Shown here: positions 10,547-20,506 of the stretch, piece after piece
Layout: each line of letters begins with the position of its first letter
How positions within the stretch are numbered: position 1 is the stretch's first letter
NCBI GenBank assembly: GCA_036479435.1
Contig: JAZGFI010000206.1
Location: forward strand, 1 to 64,000
Length of the DNA: 64,000 nt
Direction: 5' to 3'
From: Planctomycetota bacterium
GTDB taxonomy: Bacteria > Planctomycetota > GCA-002687715 > DRQF01
The notes under the pieces: generated by a model
The model's input: only the letters and a program-made list of their open reading frames with translations
Told to the model about the DNA's origin: nothing
The model's database searches: none
Translations under genes and position numbers: made by a program

Positions 10547-11097
10547 ACTCTCCCCAACCGTCCGAACCGAAGCCGCGCATCGGCATCCTTACAATCTCCG
10601 ACCGCGCCAGTCGCGGCGAGTACGAGGATCTTTCCGGGCCCGCCATCGAAGAGGTCTTCCGCGAGTACATCGCAACCGACTGCGACTATCAGCGGGTGAT
10701 CGTGCCCGACGAAATCCCCGACATTGTCGCCGCCCTCAACAAGTTCGCAGATGAGGGCTTTGCGCTCGTCGGCACCACGGGAAGCACCGGCCCCGCCCCC
10801 CGCGACATCGTGCCGGAAGCCATGCAGAAAGTTTGCGGCAAGATGTTGCCCGGCTTCGGCGAACTCATGCGCCGCGCATCCTTAGACATCGGGGTGCCAA
10901 CTGCCATCCTCTCGCGCCAAACCGCTGGCCTCATCGGCTCCACCTTGGTGGTCAACATGCCCGGCAAGCCCTCCTCCATTCGCGTCTGCCTCAATGCCGT
11001 CTTCCCGGCCATCCCCTACTGCATCGAACTCGCCGGCGGAGCCTACCTCGAAGGCAACGGCGAAGTCGTCAAGGTCTTCCGACCCAAGAAAAAGTGA
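10543..11097 (+). CDS. mog: Molybdopterin adenylyltransferase
   Basis: ILTISDRASRG.YEDLSGP, TG.TGPAPRD, PGFGE.MR, PTAILSRQTAG, NMPGKP, VFPAIPYCIEL. Confidence 0.9.
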   Translation: MNSPQPSEPKPRIGILTISDRASRGEYEDLSGPAIEEVFREYIATDCDYQRVIVPDEIPDIVAALNKFADEGFALVGTTGSTGPAPRDIVPEAMQKVCGKMLPGFGELMRRASLDIGVPTAILSRQTAGLIGSTLVVNMPGKPSSIRVCLNAVFPAIPYCIELAGGAYLEGNGEVVKVFRPKKK

Positions 11098-11099
11098 CC

Positions 11100-11140
11100 A
11101 CGCGGTGCCAGGCACCACGCCGTCACTCTCCAGTACCAGG
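11100..11140 (+). repeat. REP-like intergenic repeat family A, copy 1
   Basis: acgcggtgccaggcaccacgccgtcactctccagtaccagg; reverse-complement near-identical copies at 12075-12116 and 16202-16246. Confidence 0.8.
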
Positions 11141-11195
11141 CTCGTCAACTTAGACACCGGAATCCGAACTCACTTTCATCACTTCGAGGCCAAAC

Positions 11196-12020
11196 TTGCC
11201 GGAACTACCTGAAGTCGAAACGATTCGACGCGGCCTCGAACCCGAGGTTATCGGCCGTAGCTTCGTCGACATTCGTGTGCGCAATTCCAAACTCCGCCTC
11301 AAGGCAGACGGCACCGCTCTGCGGCGTGCTCTGGTCGACAGCAAGATCATCGCCGTCGGTCGGCGCAGCAAGTACCTCATGCTTGACGTTGACAGGGGCT
11401 ACACGCTCATCGTCCACCTGGGCATGAGCGGCCAATTCCAACTCGAACCTGGCGATCGAGAACTGCGCAAGCACGATCATGTGCAGTTCCTGCTCGACGA
11501 CGGGCGCGAACTTCGTTTCCACGACCCTCGACGCTTCGGTTTAGTCGTCGTCCGTAGCCGCCGCACGCTCGATCGCGACCCCTTATTTTGCCAGCTCGGG
11601 CCCGAGCCACTCGCTGAATCCTGCGACCACCTCTACTACTTCGAGCGGTCGCGCGGCAAACAACGCAACGTCAAGAGCTTCCTCATGGACTCTTCGGTGG
11701 TCGTCGGCGTCGGCAACATCTACGCCAACGAAGCGCTTTTTTTGGCCAGCATTCATCCCACTCGTGCCGCTGGCCGAATCAGTGTTGAACGTTGGCAAAA
11801 ACTCGATTTCGAGCTTCGTGGAGTCCTCAGCCGAGCCATTAAGGCTGGTGGCACCACTCTTTCGGACTACCGGAACGCCACGGGCGAATCCGGGCGTCAC
11901 CAAAACGCCCTTCTAGTCTACGGCCGCTCGCAGCAACCCTGCCCTCGCTGCAAGACCTCGATCCGCCGTATTGTGCAGCAGCAAAGAGCCAGCTACTACT
12001 GTCCGAGCTGCCAGCACTGA
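11196..12020 (+). CDS. mutM: Formamidopyrimidine-DNA glycosylase
   Basis: N-terminal PELPEVE, HLGMSG, DPRRFG, GVGNIYANE, C-terminal CPRC...CPSCQ zinc finger. Confidence 0.95.
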   Translation: MPELPEVETIRRGLEPEVIGRSFVDIRVRNSKLRLKADGTALRRALVDSKIIAVGRRSKYLMLDVDRGYTLIVHLGMSGQFQLEPGDRELRKHDHVQFLLDDGRELRFHDPRRFGLVVVRSRRTLDRDPLFCQLGPEPLAESCDHLYYFERSRGKQRNVKSFLMDSSVVVGVGNIYANEALFLASIHPTRAAGRISVERWQKLDFELRGVLSRAIKAGGTTLSDYRNATGESGRHQNALLVYGRSQQPCPRCKTSIRRIVQQQRASYYCPSCQH

Positions 12021-12074
12021 GCACGTCGCGAGGCACAAACGCTCCCCGCGCCACGCGCGGCATCTTTTCCAATT

Positions 12075-12116
12075 CGTACCTGGCACTGAATAGTGACGGC
12101 GGGGTGCCTGGCACCG
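12075..12116 (-). repeat. REP-like intergenic repeat family A, copy 2
   Basis: cgtacctggcactgaatagtgacggcggggtgcctggcaccg, contains palindrome ggtgcc(t)ggcacc. Confidence 0.8.
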
Positions 12117-12128
12117 TATAATCAGAGC

Positions 12129-13448
12129 ATGAGCGACTACTTCGACCTGATCGTAGAAGATGGCATCTTGGTTGACGAGCAAGGTCAGCACGCCACCTCC
12201 ATTGGCATCAAAGACGGCTGTTTTGCAAAGCTTGGAGACCTCGGTGGCGCCGAAGCCGCCGAGCGTTTCTCCGCTCGCGGCCTCCACATTCTGCCCGGGG
12301 TTATCGATACGCAAGTACATTTTCGCGAGCCCGGTCTCACCCACAAAGAAGACCTTGAGACCGGAACTCTGGGGGCCATCGCGGGCGGGGTCACCGCTAT
12401 CTGTGAAATGCCCAACACCAATCCCCCCACTTCAGACCCCGCCGCCCTCGCCTACAAGGTCGAGCGCGCCGAAGCCACCGCCGCCTGTGACTTCGCTTTT
12501 TTCGCCGGAGCCACTCACGCCAACGCCAAAGATCTCGGCTCATTGGAGCTCGTTCGCGGCTGCGCTGGCGTCAAAATGTTCATGGGCAGCTCGACCGGCA
12601 ACCTCTTGGTCGCCGACGACGACGGCGTCCGCTCGGTCCTCGCTCACGGCAAACGCCGCGTTGCTGTCCACTGCGAAGACGAGGACCGCCTGATCGAACG
12701 CGAGCCCCTTCGCCACGGCCCCGAAGGCGTCCATCTTCACGCTGTTTGGCGCGACGTCGAAACCGCGCTCAAGGCCACGACCCGCCTCTTGCGCATCGCC
12801 CGCGAACAAGATCGCCAAGTCCACGTCCTTCACATCACGACGGCCGAAGAGATGGACCTACTGAGACAGTATCGCGACATTGCAACCGTCGAGTGCACGC
12901 CACAACACCTGACTCTTTCAGCGCCGGACTGCTACGACCGCCTCGGCACCTTCGCCCAAATGAACCCGCCCATTCGCGATGCCCATCATCGCGACGCCTT
13001 GTGGCGTGCCATCGCCGACGGCACCGTCCACGTCATTGGCTCCGATCACGCACCGCACACTCGCGAAGAAAAAGCCCAGGCCTATCCCGCAAGTCCTTCC
13101 GGCATGACCGGTGTCCAAACCCTACTTCCCGTCATGCTCGACCACGTCGCCAAGGGAAAACTAAGCCTCGAACGTCTCGTCACGCTCACCAGCGCCAACG
13201 CGGCCCGCATCTACAACATGAAAGATCGCGGCTTCGTCCAAACGGGCCTTCGCGCCAACCTCAGCCTCGTCGACCTCGGCGCTCGCCGCACCATCAGCAA
13301 CGACTGGATCCAAAGCCGCGCCGGCTGGACTCCTTTCGACGGCGTCGAAGTCCAAGGCTGGCCTCGCGCCACCCTCGTCGGCGGCAACTTCGTCATGCGC
13401 GACGACGAACTCGATGCTTCCACCAAGGGGCGCCCCATCGCCTATTGA
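12129..13448 (+). CDS. pyrC: Dihydroorotase (amidohydrolase superfamily)
   Basis: PGVIDTQVHFREPG, EMPNTNP, KMFMGSSTG, HCEDE, QMNPPIR, GSDHAPH. Confidence 0.85.
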   Translation: MSDYFDLIVEDGILVDEQGQHATSIGIKDGCFAKLGDLGGAEAAERFSARGLHILPGVIDTQVHFREPGLTHKEDLETGTLGAIAGGVTAICEMPNTNPPTSDPAALAYKVERAEATAACDFAFFAGATHANAKDLGSLELVRGCAGVKMFMGSSTGNLLVADDDGVRSVLAHGKRRVAVHCEDEDRLIEREPLRHGPEGVHLHAVWRDVETALKATTRLLRIAREQDRQVHVLHITTAEEMDLLRQYRDIATVECTPQHLTLSAPDCYDRLGTFAQMNPPIRDAHHRDALWRAIADGTVHVIGSDHAPHTREEKAQAYPASPSGMTGVQTLLPVMLDHVAKGKLSLERLVTLTSANAARIYNMKDRGFVQTGLRANLSLVDLGARRTISNDWIQSRAGWTPFDGVEVQGWPRATLVGGNFVMRDDELDASTKGRPIAY

Positions 13449-14210
13449 CGCCAAGCTTGCCCCATTGATCAAGTTCGCGCCGGCCTCTACGGCGAGGGCG
13501 AACAGCTGAGAACTTCCGCAGCGCGAGACGCAAACCTCGTACGGCACTTTTCAGAAGTTGAACAACTGGTTGCAGCGGTTTCACTCCCGCCAATAAACCG
13601 GCCTGGCCCGAACCGGCAGGCACGAGCATCCGAGCCCGCTTTGAAGAGGTCAAGGACCGGTTCGCAAAAGAGCTTCTCGAAGACGACGAGCCGGAAGGCG
13701 CCCCGCTTGGGGACGAAACCCCGCCGGCAATTGGAAACGAAAACCGAACTTTGAGCCGGCGCCTCGTGTATTTGGGACTATCTGCCGCCGCCGGCATCGC
13801 TATGGCTGGCGGGGCGGGGTTCTTTTTGGGAACTCAGGCCAAGGCTCCCAGCAACGACCCGAGGATCGAGCGTGTAGACCGGTCGCTCCAGACGGACTTT
13901 GGCAAGTTGGATAACTACTTTGGAATCCAGGGTCGCACGGGAGTCTTGAGTGTCTTCTCGACAGCCTCACCGAGGAATGTTGCAAGCTTGGTGCGGTGCG
14001 CAATCATGTCACCTTGTTCGACATTTTGGCGCAGGCGACTTTCGACAACCGAGTACAGGTCAGGGGGCAGGCTCGCGTCTCTTGCACCACCGTTGCGCCG
14101 ATCGATCTGTAGCCCCACCTGACCTTCATTAAGACGGCGGCAACGCTCGAAACAGACGCGGGCTTGAAGACCTTCCTGCAAGCGCTCGTGCAACAAGTCA
14201 AGAATGCCTG
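13449..14210 (+). pseudogene. Degraded gene remnant (single TM segment, several frame changes)
   Basis: Protein-like stretches in alternating frames (PIDQVRAGLYGE..., IRARFEEVKDRFAKELL...RRLVYLGLSAAAGIAM..., HLTFIKTAATLETDAGLKTFLQALVQQVKNA*) with no start. Confidence 0.35.
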
Positions 14211-14450
14211 ATGAACGTCACGGCCCCTCAAGTTGTGCCCCGCGGCTCGAAGCTCTCGTTTTCCGCGAACGGCGCGCAAGGCTCTACTGATGCCACCCTT
14301 GAGTTTGGTTCCACCAAAGTGAGCATTCGACCAGTCGCCAAGCCAAATGGAACCGTTTCGTTCTGCTACCGGCTATCACGTTCGCTCAAAGGTGCCGTTC
14401 AGATCACGGTGGCAACAGCCAGGGAAGTTCGTCGCACGAGGTCATCGTGA
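14211..14450 (+). CDS. Small hypothetical protein or remnant
   Basis: ATG immediately after the TGA of the remnant; beta-rich composition. Confidence 0.3.
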   Translation: MNVTAPQVVPRGSKLSFSANGAQGSTDATLEFGSTKVSIRPVAKPNGTVSFCYRLSRSLKGAVQITVATAREVRRTRSS

Positions 14451-14537
14451 TCTGATTGGGTTGGCCGGGGACCAGCCAAGGATCGAGACCATGAACTTGA
14501 TTTAGGAGGTGACGGCAAGGTGACCGGAATCGGGCAC

Positions 14538-15836
14538 TTAGGGGCAAGTGGCGCTTAGGCTCGCGCTCTTCCAGCTCTGAACGGTGTTCTTTGCCGACTT
14601 AACGGACTGCTCCAAGGCACCAAGCTCACGTCGGGCCTCATCTGATAACTTCTTCATGTTCTCAAGAAGCGTCGTGAACTGACCCCCTTCATCAATCTGC
14701 GCCGAGAGGCTCTTCCCGGTCACATAGCCCAGTTGCAAGCTCAGAAGGACCTTTGCAAGAGCAGCATTAAACCTCTCAAAGCGAACGAGGCTTGACCTTA
14801 GCGACTGAATGTTCTCGATGCATTTTGAAAGGATCAGGTCATGGTTCTGATCTAAGATCCCGGCCAAGTCCTCAAACCGAGCCCCATAGGCAGCGACCTG
14901 CTGTTCGCCATTCATATCAGAGTCGTTGGTGGATCGGCGGTAGTAGCACTTCATCTCTTCAATCAAGACGCAGAAAGCGATAAGAAATGATGTGCCGTTC
15001 AAGATGCCAGAAAGCAGTTCGACCTCGCTGTTTAGCTTCTCGGCCTCTGCCTGTATCTTTAAGGAGACGAGTGAGACCTCTTCGCTAATCACCCCCAAAG
15101 CTCGACCTTCTTCGGACAAGCGAGCCGCGGCAACACTTGAGTTCAGTGCGACCTTGGTGATTTCAAATCCGAGTTGATCGAAGTACTTTCGCTTCGTCAA
15201 AAGAAGGGCGCGTAACTCAATTAACCCATCGAGGTCAGCAAACAGCTCTTTAGCAAGACTGGGCTCGCCGCCGGGCTTAGGATCCGCCTTGAGTGCCTCC
15301 TCTCGAGCTTTGATCTCACTACGAAGGGCCACGGCCATGAAGTCGTCGTAAGATTCAAAGCCCAACTCCGACAAGCGTTCTCCAAGAACAGCTCCGGCTG
15401 CTTCCATTCCCTTGCGACCTTCGTTTCCCGGCTGCCTCTCTAGCTGCGAAAGCTCCTGATAAAGATCTTTGACCGTGTCCATGATCGGGCTCGTCGGCTT
15501 CAATCGAATGGAAAGGAAGCCATCCTCAATTGGCATCACCAAGGCGAAGACCCAATAGTGTTCCCCGGTCTTCGCCATGTTCTTCACATAGGCACCAATG
15601 GGTCGGCCGGAAAGGAGGTATTCCCACAACAAAGAGAAGACGGCCCGGGGCATGTCAGGATGCCGAATGATGCTGTGCGGCTGTTTCAACAACTCTTCGG
15701 ATGTGAAGGCCGCGATATCGACGAAAACGTCATTGCAGCCGGTGATGATCCCCTTGAGATCCGTAGTCGAGAAAAACAGCTGGGCGACATCAAAAGAGCG
15801 TGGCTCGTCGATCGGTTTTGTGGCGTTCTCGTCCAT
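14538..15836 (-). CDS. Soluble PAS-domain (Aer-like) sensor with degenerate methyl-accepting chemotaxis-like region
   Basis: STTDLKGIIT..N..F, PHSIIRHPDMP..VF..LW, YVKN.AK.G.HYWV (Aer PAS); ALNSSVAAARL.EEGRALGVISEEV (MCP tip-like). Confidence 0.75.
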   Translation of the reverse strand: MDENATKPIDEPRSFDVAQLFFSTTDLKGIITGCNDVFVDIAAFTSEELLKQPHSIIRHPDMPRAVFSLLWEYLLSGRPIGAYVKNMAKTGEHYWVFALVMPIEDGFLSIRLKPTSPIMDTVKDLYQELSQLERQPGNEGRKGMEAAGAVLGERLSELGFESYDDFMAVALRSEIKAREEALKADPKPGGEPSLAKELFADLDGLIELRALLLTKRKYFDQLGFEITKVALNSSVAAARLSEEGRALGVISEEVSLVSLKIQAEAEKLNSEVELLSGILNGTSFLIAFCVLIEEMKCYYRRSTNDSDMNGEQQVAAYGARFEDLAGILDQNHDLILSKCIENIQSLRSSLVRFERFNAALAKVLLSLQLGYVTGKSLSAQIDEGGQFTTLLENMKKLSDEARRELGALEQSVKSAKNTVQSWKSASLSATCP

Positions 15837-16201
15837 TCAAGAGCCTCGCTTGCTCGCCACCCAAAAAGAAATATAGGGTCACCCTGTCCCAAGATCGACT
15901 CGTCGCTTGTTTTTCTTTAGAAGAAGCACCGACAAGCATTTAGCAAAGATGGCCGCCCGTCTTTTCGAGCGTTGAACGACAGAGGCCGAGCGCTCGAAGC
16001 ACGCTTGGCGCGGTTTTGGACCGCTCATTGGGACCCCGACCCCGCTGACTTTTCAGTTTGTGGCCCCGCCGATCATGTCCGGTACGACGGTGAGGTTTCA
16101 GGGATTGGCTTTGTCGAGTTCGGCAAGCAAGGGTTTTTTTGCCACGACGGCGGCGCACGACTTGTTGATTCTTTAGCCGGCATCGCGAGAAGTGGTGGTT
16201 G

Positions 16202-16246
16202 CGTACCTGGTACTGAAAAGTGACGGCGTGGTGCCTGGCACCGCGT
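16202..16246 (-). repeat. REP-like intergenic repeat family A, copy 3
   Basis: cgtacctggtactgaaaagtgacggcgtggtgcctggcaccgcgt. Confidence 0.8.
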
Positions 16247-16253
16247 AGGCACG

Positions 16254-16520
16254 AAAGTGGGCCCGAACGTTTGTTCGGGCCCTTGTACTTTCAACGGTCA
16301 CACACAAGAACGTGCTACCCCGTCGGTGGCACGGTCTACTTGTGTAGACCTCCTGTACAATCACGCATAAGTTGCACCTCCTTTCAGATTGGACTTTTCC
16401 AGCCGTCGCAGCCGTGACAACCGCCGCCGGAATATCCTCCCCCTCGGCGGCCCGAGAGGCACATCGCGTCGTCGCTTCCCTCGTTCCGCTTGGGATACAG
16501 GGTCGCTCGGTTCACGCTGA
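16254..16520 (-). ncRNA. Candidate structured small RNA / micropeptide transcript
   Basis: Strong SD GAAAGGAGGTG, 10-codon ORF (16368-16336), three consecutive hairpins, the last GC-rich and terminator-like; boundaries approximate. Confidence 0.4.
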
Positions 16521-16574
16521 GAGCATGATGCCGGATTGCTAAGACGCAATGCAAGCTTCTTGTTGAGGCTGGGG

Positions 16575-17762
16575 TCAGGAATCTGCGGCGGCTTGGTCTT
16601 GACTTTTGATGACTTGGCGCATCACCAGCACGAGAGCTGCAAACACAAAGCCCAGCAGCAACATTGTTGGGTGCTGTCCCCATCGCAAGGCCAACCAACC
16701 CGTTAAGGGCCCCACCACCAAAAAGGTCAGTCGAAAAACGAGACTGCGCAGCGAGAGAAAACCCGCGCGATCCGAAGAGGGAACGAAGCGTTGCTCGCGG
16801 TGGGAGACAATGGGACCGTTGATGCCGCGCATCAAAGTCAGCACAAAGTAGAAGGCGCAGCCATAAATCGCATAGCTGAACCCAAGCCCGCCAAAACCGA
16901 CCAACAACATGACGGCGCAAAGAGCGAGGATGCGAGCAAAACCGAATCGGGTTTCGAGATAGTTCGAGGCCAGTGCGCCCAAAGCCACACAGAAGTTGGC
17001 GATGGCCCAGATGACACCAAGCCAGACATCGGGAACACCGGCATCTACGGCGTAGAGCTGGATCATCCAGACCGGCAGAAAAGTCGACATGCCGAGGATG
17101 ATCGCAAGGAGAAAGACGGCGCGAAGGCGTGGCGCCTCGATGAAAGCGTGACGCACGATGGCTTTTATTTGTGACCAAGATTCTGAGCCCGGGGGTCGAT
17201 GTCGCGCGGGCTCGACCATGCGATAGGCGATGCCGAAGTTGACGACCCACAGCAAGACCTCGAGCCAAAAGACACTCGGCGGCCACCAGAAAAAAAGCGC
17301 CCCCGCCGCGAGGGCGGCGACGCCCTCGGCGACTTGGCCACTGGACTGAAAGCGGCCCATCCACACCGTGTAGCGGGCCTCTTGGCCGCTTTCGAGCAAA
17401 GACTCGTAGAGCAAGGCAGAGTCGCAACCGGAAATCAAAGACGTACCGACGCCCAGCAAGGCCTCGGCGATGGCAATCTCGGTGAAGGTCGAGGAGTTGG
17501 CGTAAAGCGCCCAGCCGACGACATGGAGCAAAGAAGCCGCCATGAGGGAAAAGCGGTAGCCCAAGCGGTCCGCCAAGAAGCCCGAGGGGAACTCAAAACA
17601 GACCATCGCCAGACCAAAAGCCCCTTGCAGGACCATGATCTCTAAGAGGCTCATCCCGATCTGTCGCTCGTAGAAGACGGTCAAGACCGCCATCGGAAAC
17701 AGCGACATCATCAATGCGCGGTAGACGCAAAGCAGGGCCGGGTTTTGCGCCAGGCCTCTCAA
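16575..17762 (-). CDS. MFS transporter
   Basis: About 12 hydrophobic segments; FEFPSGFLADRLGYR motif A; SGCDSALLYESL. Confidence 0.85.
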   Translation of the reverse strand: MRGLAQNPALLCVYRALMMSLFPMAVLTVFYERQIGMSLLEIMVLQGAFGLAMVCFEFPSGFLADRLGYRFSLMAASLLHVVGWALYANSSTFTEIAIAEALLGVGTSLISGCDSALLYESLLESGQEARYTVWMGRFQSSGQVAEGVAALAAGALFFWWPPSVFWLEVLLWVVNFGIAYRMVEPARHRPPGSESWSQIKAIVRHAFIEAPRLRAVFLLAIILGMSTFLPVWMIQLYAVDAGVPDVWLGVIWAIANFCVALGALASNYLETRFGFARILALCAVMLLVGFGGLGFSYAIYGCAFYFVLTLMRGINGPIVSHREQRFVPSSDRAGFLSLRSLVFRLTFLVVGPLTGWLALRWGQHPTMLLLGFVFAALVLVMRQVIKSQDQAAADS

Positions 17763-17870
17763 GGGTCGGACTACTCCACTATTCGTGTGCTGACACAGTA
17801 CGGCTCGCCCCCGTCACTCACCAGCTAATGCTCAGCAGTTCTGTTGAGCAAAAAGGGTCAGCGTGGCGGC

Positions 17871-17904
17871 AAAAAAGAACCCCTGCCTCCGAAGAGGCAG
17901 GGGC
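17871..17904 (-). terminator. Intrinsic terminator for 17932-20415
   Basis: Stem cccctgcctc/gaggcagggg with A-tract on + strand (U-tract on -). Confidence 0.75.
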
Positions 17905-17931
17905 CGAAGAGTCATCAGAGCAAACGCCGTT

Positions 17932-20415
17932 TTAGAGGCCCGGCAGAGTCCGATAGATCACTGCGTTAGTAACCGACAGAGTCAGCGGATCACTCACGTC
18001 ACGAATCAAACCTTGAATCGTGAACTCGAAGGGACCGGCAATACCCGCCGGGAAGTTGAAGAACCAAGGTGCGCCGGTTGCGGGCAACAGCGGCGTACAC
18101 GAGGCGGAGTTGATCAAGTTGTCCGCCAGGATAAAGAGCCTCGGGTCCTGGGGATTCGCCAGGCAGGGGAACACTGCGAATTGACCCAAGGGGGCCGCGT
18201 CGAAGAGATCGCTAGCCAGGGGAACACCACCGGTTCCGGTAATGCTCCAGTCGGTGAAGGCCGTGTTGGCCGGAGGCGTCATCATGGTGAACGAAAGCGG
18301 AGCGCCGAAGGCCGAGTTAACGCGACGCAGAGGACCACCACTGGAACCGTTGATCAGCAGCACGTCGACAATACTGCCGGCGTTTTCGTTGACGTTACCG
18401 CGGGCTGCGAATTCGTCCATCAAAGGACACTCGAGCAGACGGAAGTTGTCGAGTCCAGCTTCGACCACGGAACCATCGCCCGTGTCTTCGGCCGTAAAGC
18501 GCAAGCGCACATTCGCGGTCAGTGCAACGAAATTCGAAACCGCGATGCGGCGCGAATTCCAGACGTTCGTCGACGTTGTGGTCGACTCGACGAGGGTCCA
18601 TGAGAGTCCGTTGTCGTCACTGATCTCGATGACAAAAGTGTCGTCTTGGATGCCGAAATCGTTGTCGTACCAATAGTCATAGGCGAACTGAGGATCGTCA
18701 TGGGTGCGCAAATCAAACGCCGGCGACGACAGGTGCGTCGCACCGCCATCAACGTCGGAGTTGCCGTCGACGTTGTCGGTCAGCCAACAAGAACCACTGC
18801 CATCCGAGTCCGACGCCGGATCGCCGCGGTCGCCACCGCCCGCAGGAACACCGCGGTCCCAAGCGCCGTCGCTGAGGCCACCGCTGTTCGTGACACTCCA
18901 ACCGTCAGCCGACTCAAAGTCGCTGGCCACCAAAGCCACGACACCTGCCATCGCCTGATGAGTGGTACCCGGGGCCCCGCTGGGCCCGGTCACGGTGCTA
19001 AGGCCACTGATCGAAGTGATAGAGACGTACCAGTTAACCGCGCTGAAACAGGCGAGTGCCGGCAGGGTAGCGCGGAAGTTGTTGCCACCGAGGCTCGTCA
19101 GCGGAGTCTGCACAAAGGCAGCCCCGTCGACGGACGCGAACAAAAACGCCGCCGCGGGGTCAGGAGACCCCGAGATGGGGGAAACACTGAGATCAACATC
19201 AGTCGTGGTGTTCAATGCGACTTCGCTGGGCACACCATTCGGGAACGAGATGGAAAACTCCGGTACCGCGACATTGACGGTAACGCTGCTCGGAACGCCC
19301 GCGCCAGGACGGAACAAGCCGAGGGTGATGTCACCCGGGGGAAGGTCCGAACGGAAGCGAAAGTTGAAGAGGTTGGCCCAACGAATGGCGTTGGCATCGC
19401 TGTTTTGAGCCTGGGTCTGGGTCGCCCAGCTCACCGTGCTGCCAGAGTGGCTGCCGGACCAATCGGTGCCGGCTTGAGTTTCACCACTGTGATAAGCGAC
19501 GTCGTGGAAGCCAATGTTGGTGATATTGGCGGCAGCGCCGACCTGAATATCTAGCGATTGCACCGAGGCGTGCGAGTTCATGTTGTAGATGGCGTATTCG
19601 TACTCAGTGATACCACCACCGACGTCCGTTGACTTGTAGCCCACGATTACGCGACCGTCGTTGGGGATGTCAACGATCTCCAGGGTCACGCTAGGATCGT
19701 TGGCTTCCCAAGCGAAGATAGCCGACTGCTCGCGGACGGTCGAACCCGAAAGGGAGCCAGAAAATCCGCTGCCCACGGAACCAGAGAAGTTGATCGCGCG
19801 GTGGGAAGCGTTGTTGTTCTTGTTCCCGGCAAGGGCGTCATCCGCCGTGACGTAGTGAGCCTCGACGAAAAAGAGCGCACCCGCCACGATGTCGGCTTCA
19901 GCGAACTGAAGGCGCTTGAAAATCGAGTTGCCGGTGCTGCCCGCAGGGTTGCTGAAGGGGTAGGGAAAGACGCCCGTGGAGGCGTTGACTTCGAACTTCG
20001 GTCCGAGTCCTCCTTGGCTGCCATTGAGGCCCGAGCCGTAGGGGTCGGAACAGCCGGGGTTCAAAACCGAGCCACCACTGCCGGTGCAGTTGTCACAGAC
20101 ATTGCCGCTGAGCGCCAAAAAGCCGTGCTTCAGCCAAGATTGTCCAATTTGCTCAAAGCGACCGTTGCTGAGTCGGTAGAGGTTTTGCCCGATGACGGGG
20201 TGGGCCGGGGTGTTTGAAATCCAAGAGAGGTCCGTCGTGCCGATGTTGCACGAGGTGGTCCCGATGGAGATGGCGTCGATGCCACCGATACTGGAGTAAT
20301 TGGAGATGCTCGGAATGCTCCCGACGATGACGTCGGGGTCGTTCTGAGCGGCAGCGGTGGAAACAAACACACAGCAGGCCAAAATGGCCATCCTGGTGAG
20401 GTGACGAAATATCAT
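17932..20415 (-). CDS. Secreted protein, paralogue 3 (lysyl-oxidase-like core + Ig-like + jelly-roll/MAM-like + C-terminal domain)
   Basis: Signal peptide ending AAAQ; shared core; DFESADGW...DVDGGAT.L.SPAFDL...IEISDDNG.SW jelly-roll module. Confidence 0.85.
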   Translation of the reverse strand: MIFRHLTRMAILACCVFVSTAAAQNDPDVIVGSIPSISNYSSIGGIDAISIGTTSCNIGTTDLSWISNTPAHPVIGQNLYRLSNGRFEQIGQSWLKHGFLALSGNVCDNCTGSGGSVLNPGCSDPYGSGLNGSQGGLGPKFEVNASTGVFPYPFSNPAGSTGNSIFKRLQFAEADIVAGALFFVEAHYVTADDALAGNKNNNASHRAINFSGSVGSGFSGSLSGSTVREQSAIFAWEANDPSVTLEIVDIPNDGRVIVGYKSTDVGGGITEYEYAIYNMNSHASVQSLDIQVGAAANITNIGFHDVAYHSGETQAGTDWSGSHSGSTVSWATQTQAQNSDANAIRWANLFNFRFRSDLPPGDITLGLFRPGAGVPSSVTVNVAVPEFSISFPNGVPSEVALNTTTDVDLSVSPISGSPDPAAAFLFASVDGAAFVQTPLTSLGGNNFRATLPALACFSAVNWYVSITSISGLSTVTGPSGAPGTTHQAMAGVVALVASDFESADGWSVTNSGGLSDGAWDRGVPAGGGDRGDPASDSDGSGSCWLTDNVDGNSDVDGGATHLSSPAFDLRTHDDPQFAYDYWYDNDFGIQDDTFVIEISDDNGLSWTLVESTTTSTNVWNSRRIAVSNFVALTANVRLRFTAEDTGDGSVVEAGLDNFRLLECPLMDEFAARGNVNENAGSIVDVLLINGSSGGPLRRVNSAFGAPLSFTMMTPPANTAFTDWSITGTGGVPLASDLFDAAPLGQFAVFPCLANPQDPRLFILADNLINSASCTPLLPATGAPWFFNFPAGIAGPFEFTIQGLIRDVSDPLTLSVTNAVIYRTLPGL

Positions 20416-20468
20416 TTAGCGGTTCCTCGACATGGGGCAAACTTACTGCGCTAGGGTTGGGGTCGCTC

Positions 20469-20506
20469 AGTTTACACGGAACGGGCCAGCAACCGAATCG
20501 GGAAGA
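20469..20506 (-). promoter_or_regulatory. Conserved upstream motif of paralogue 3 (candidate promoter)
   Basis: 30/38 identical to 23228-23265 while flanking intergenic DNA differs; ends in TAAACT (-10-like). Confidence 0.5.

Noticed and set aside
15940..16223. Short ORFs upstream of the PAS gene
   Set aside because: No RBS, motifs or consistent frame; probably degraded or non-coding
16375..16400. 16S rRNA 3'-end fragment (cacctcctttc) or RNase P-like GGAAAAGTCC
   Set aside because: Matches are only ~10 nt with no flanking rRNA or RNase P features; treated as an SD on the - strand
16384..17427. 347-aa - strand ORF
   Set aside because: Alternative frame inside the MFS gene, Arg-rich with no motifs
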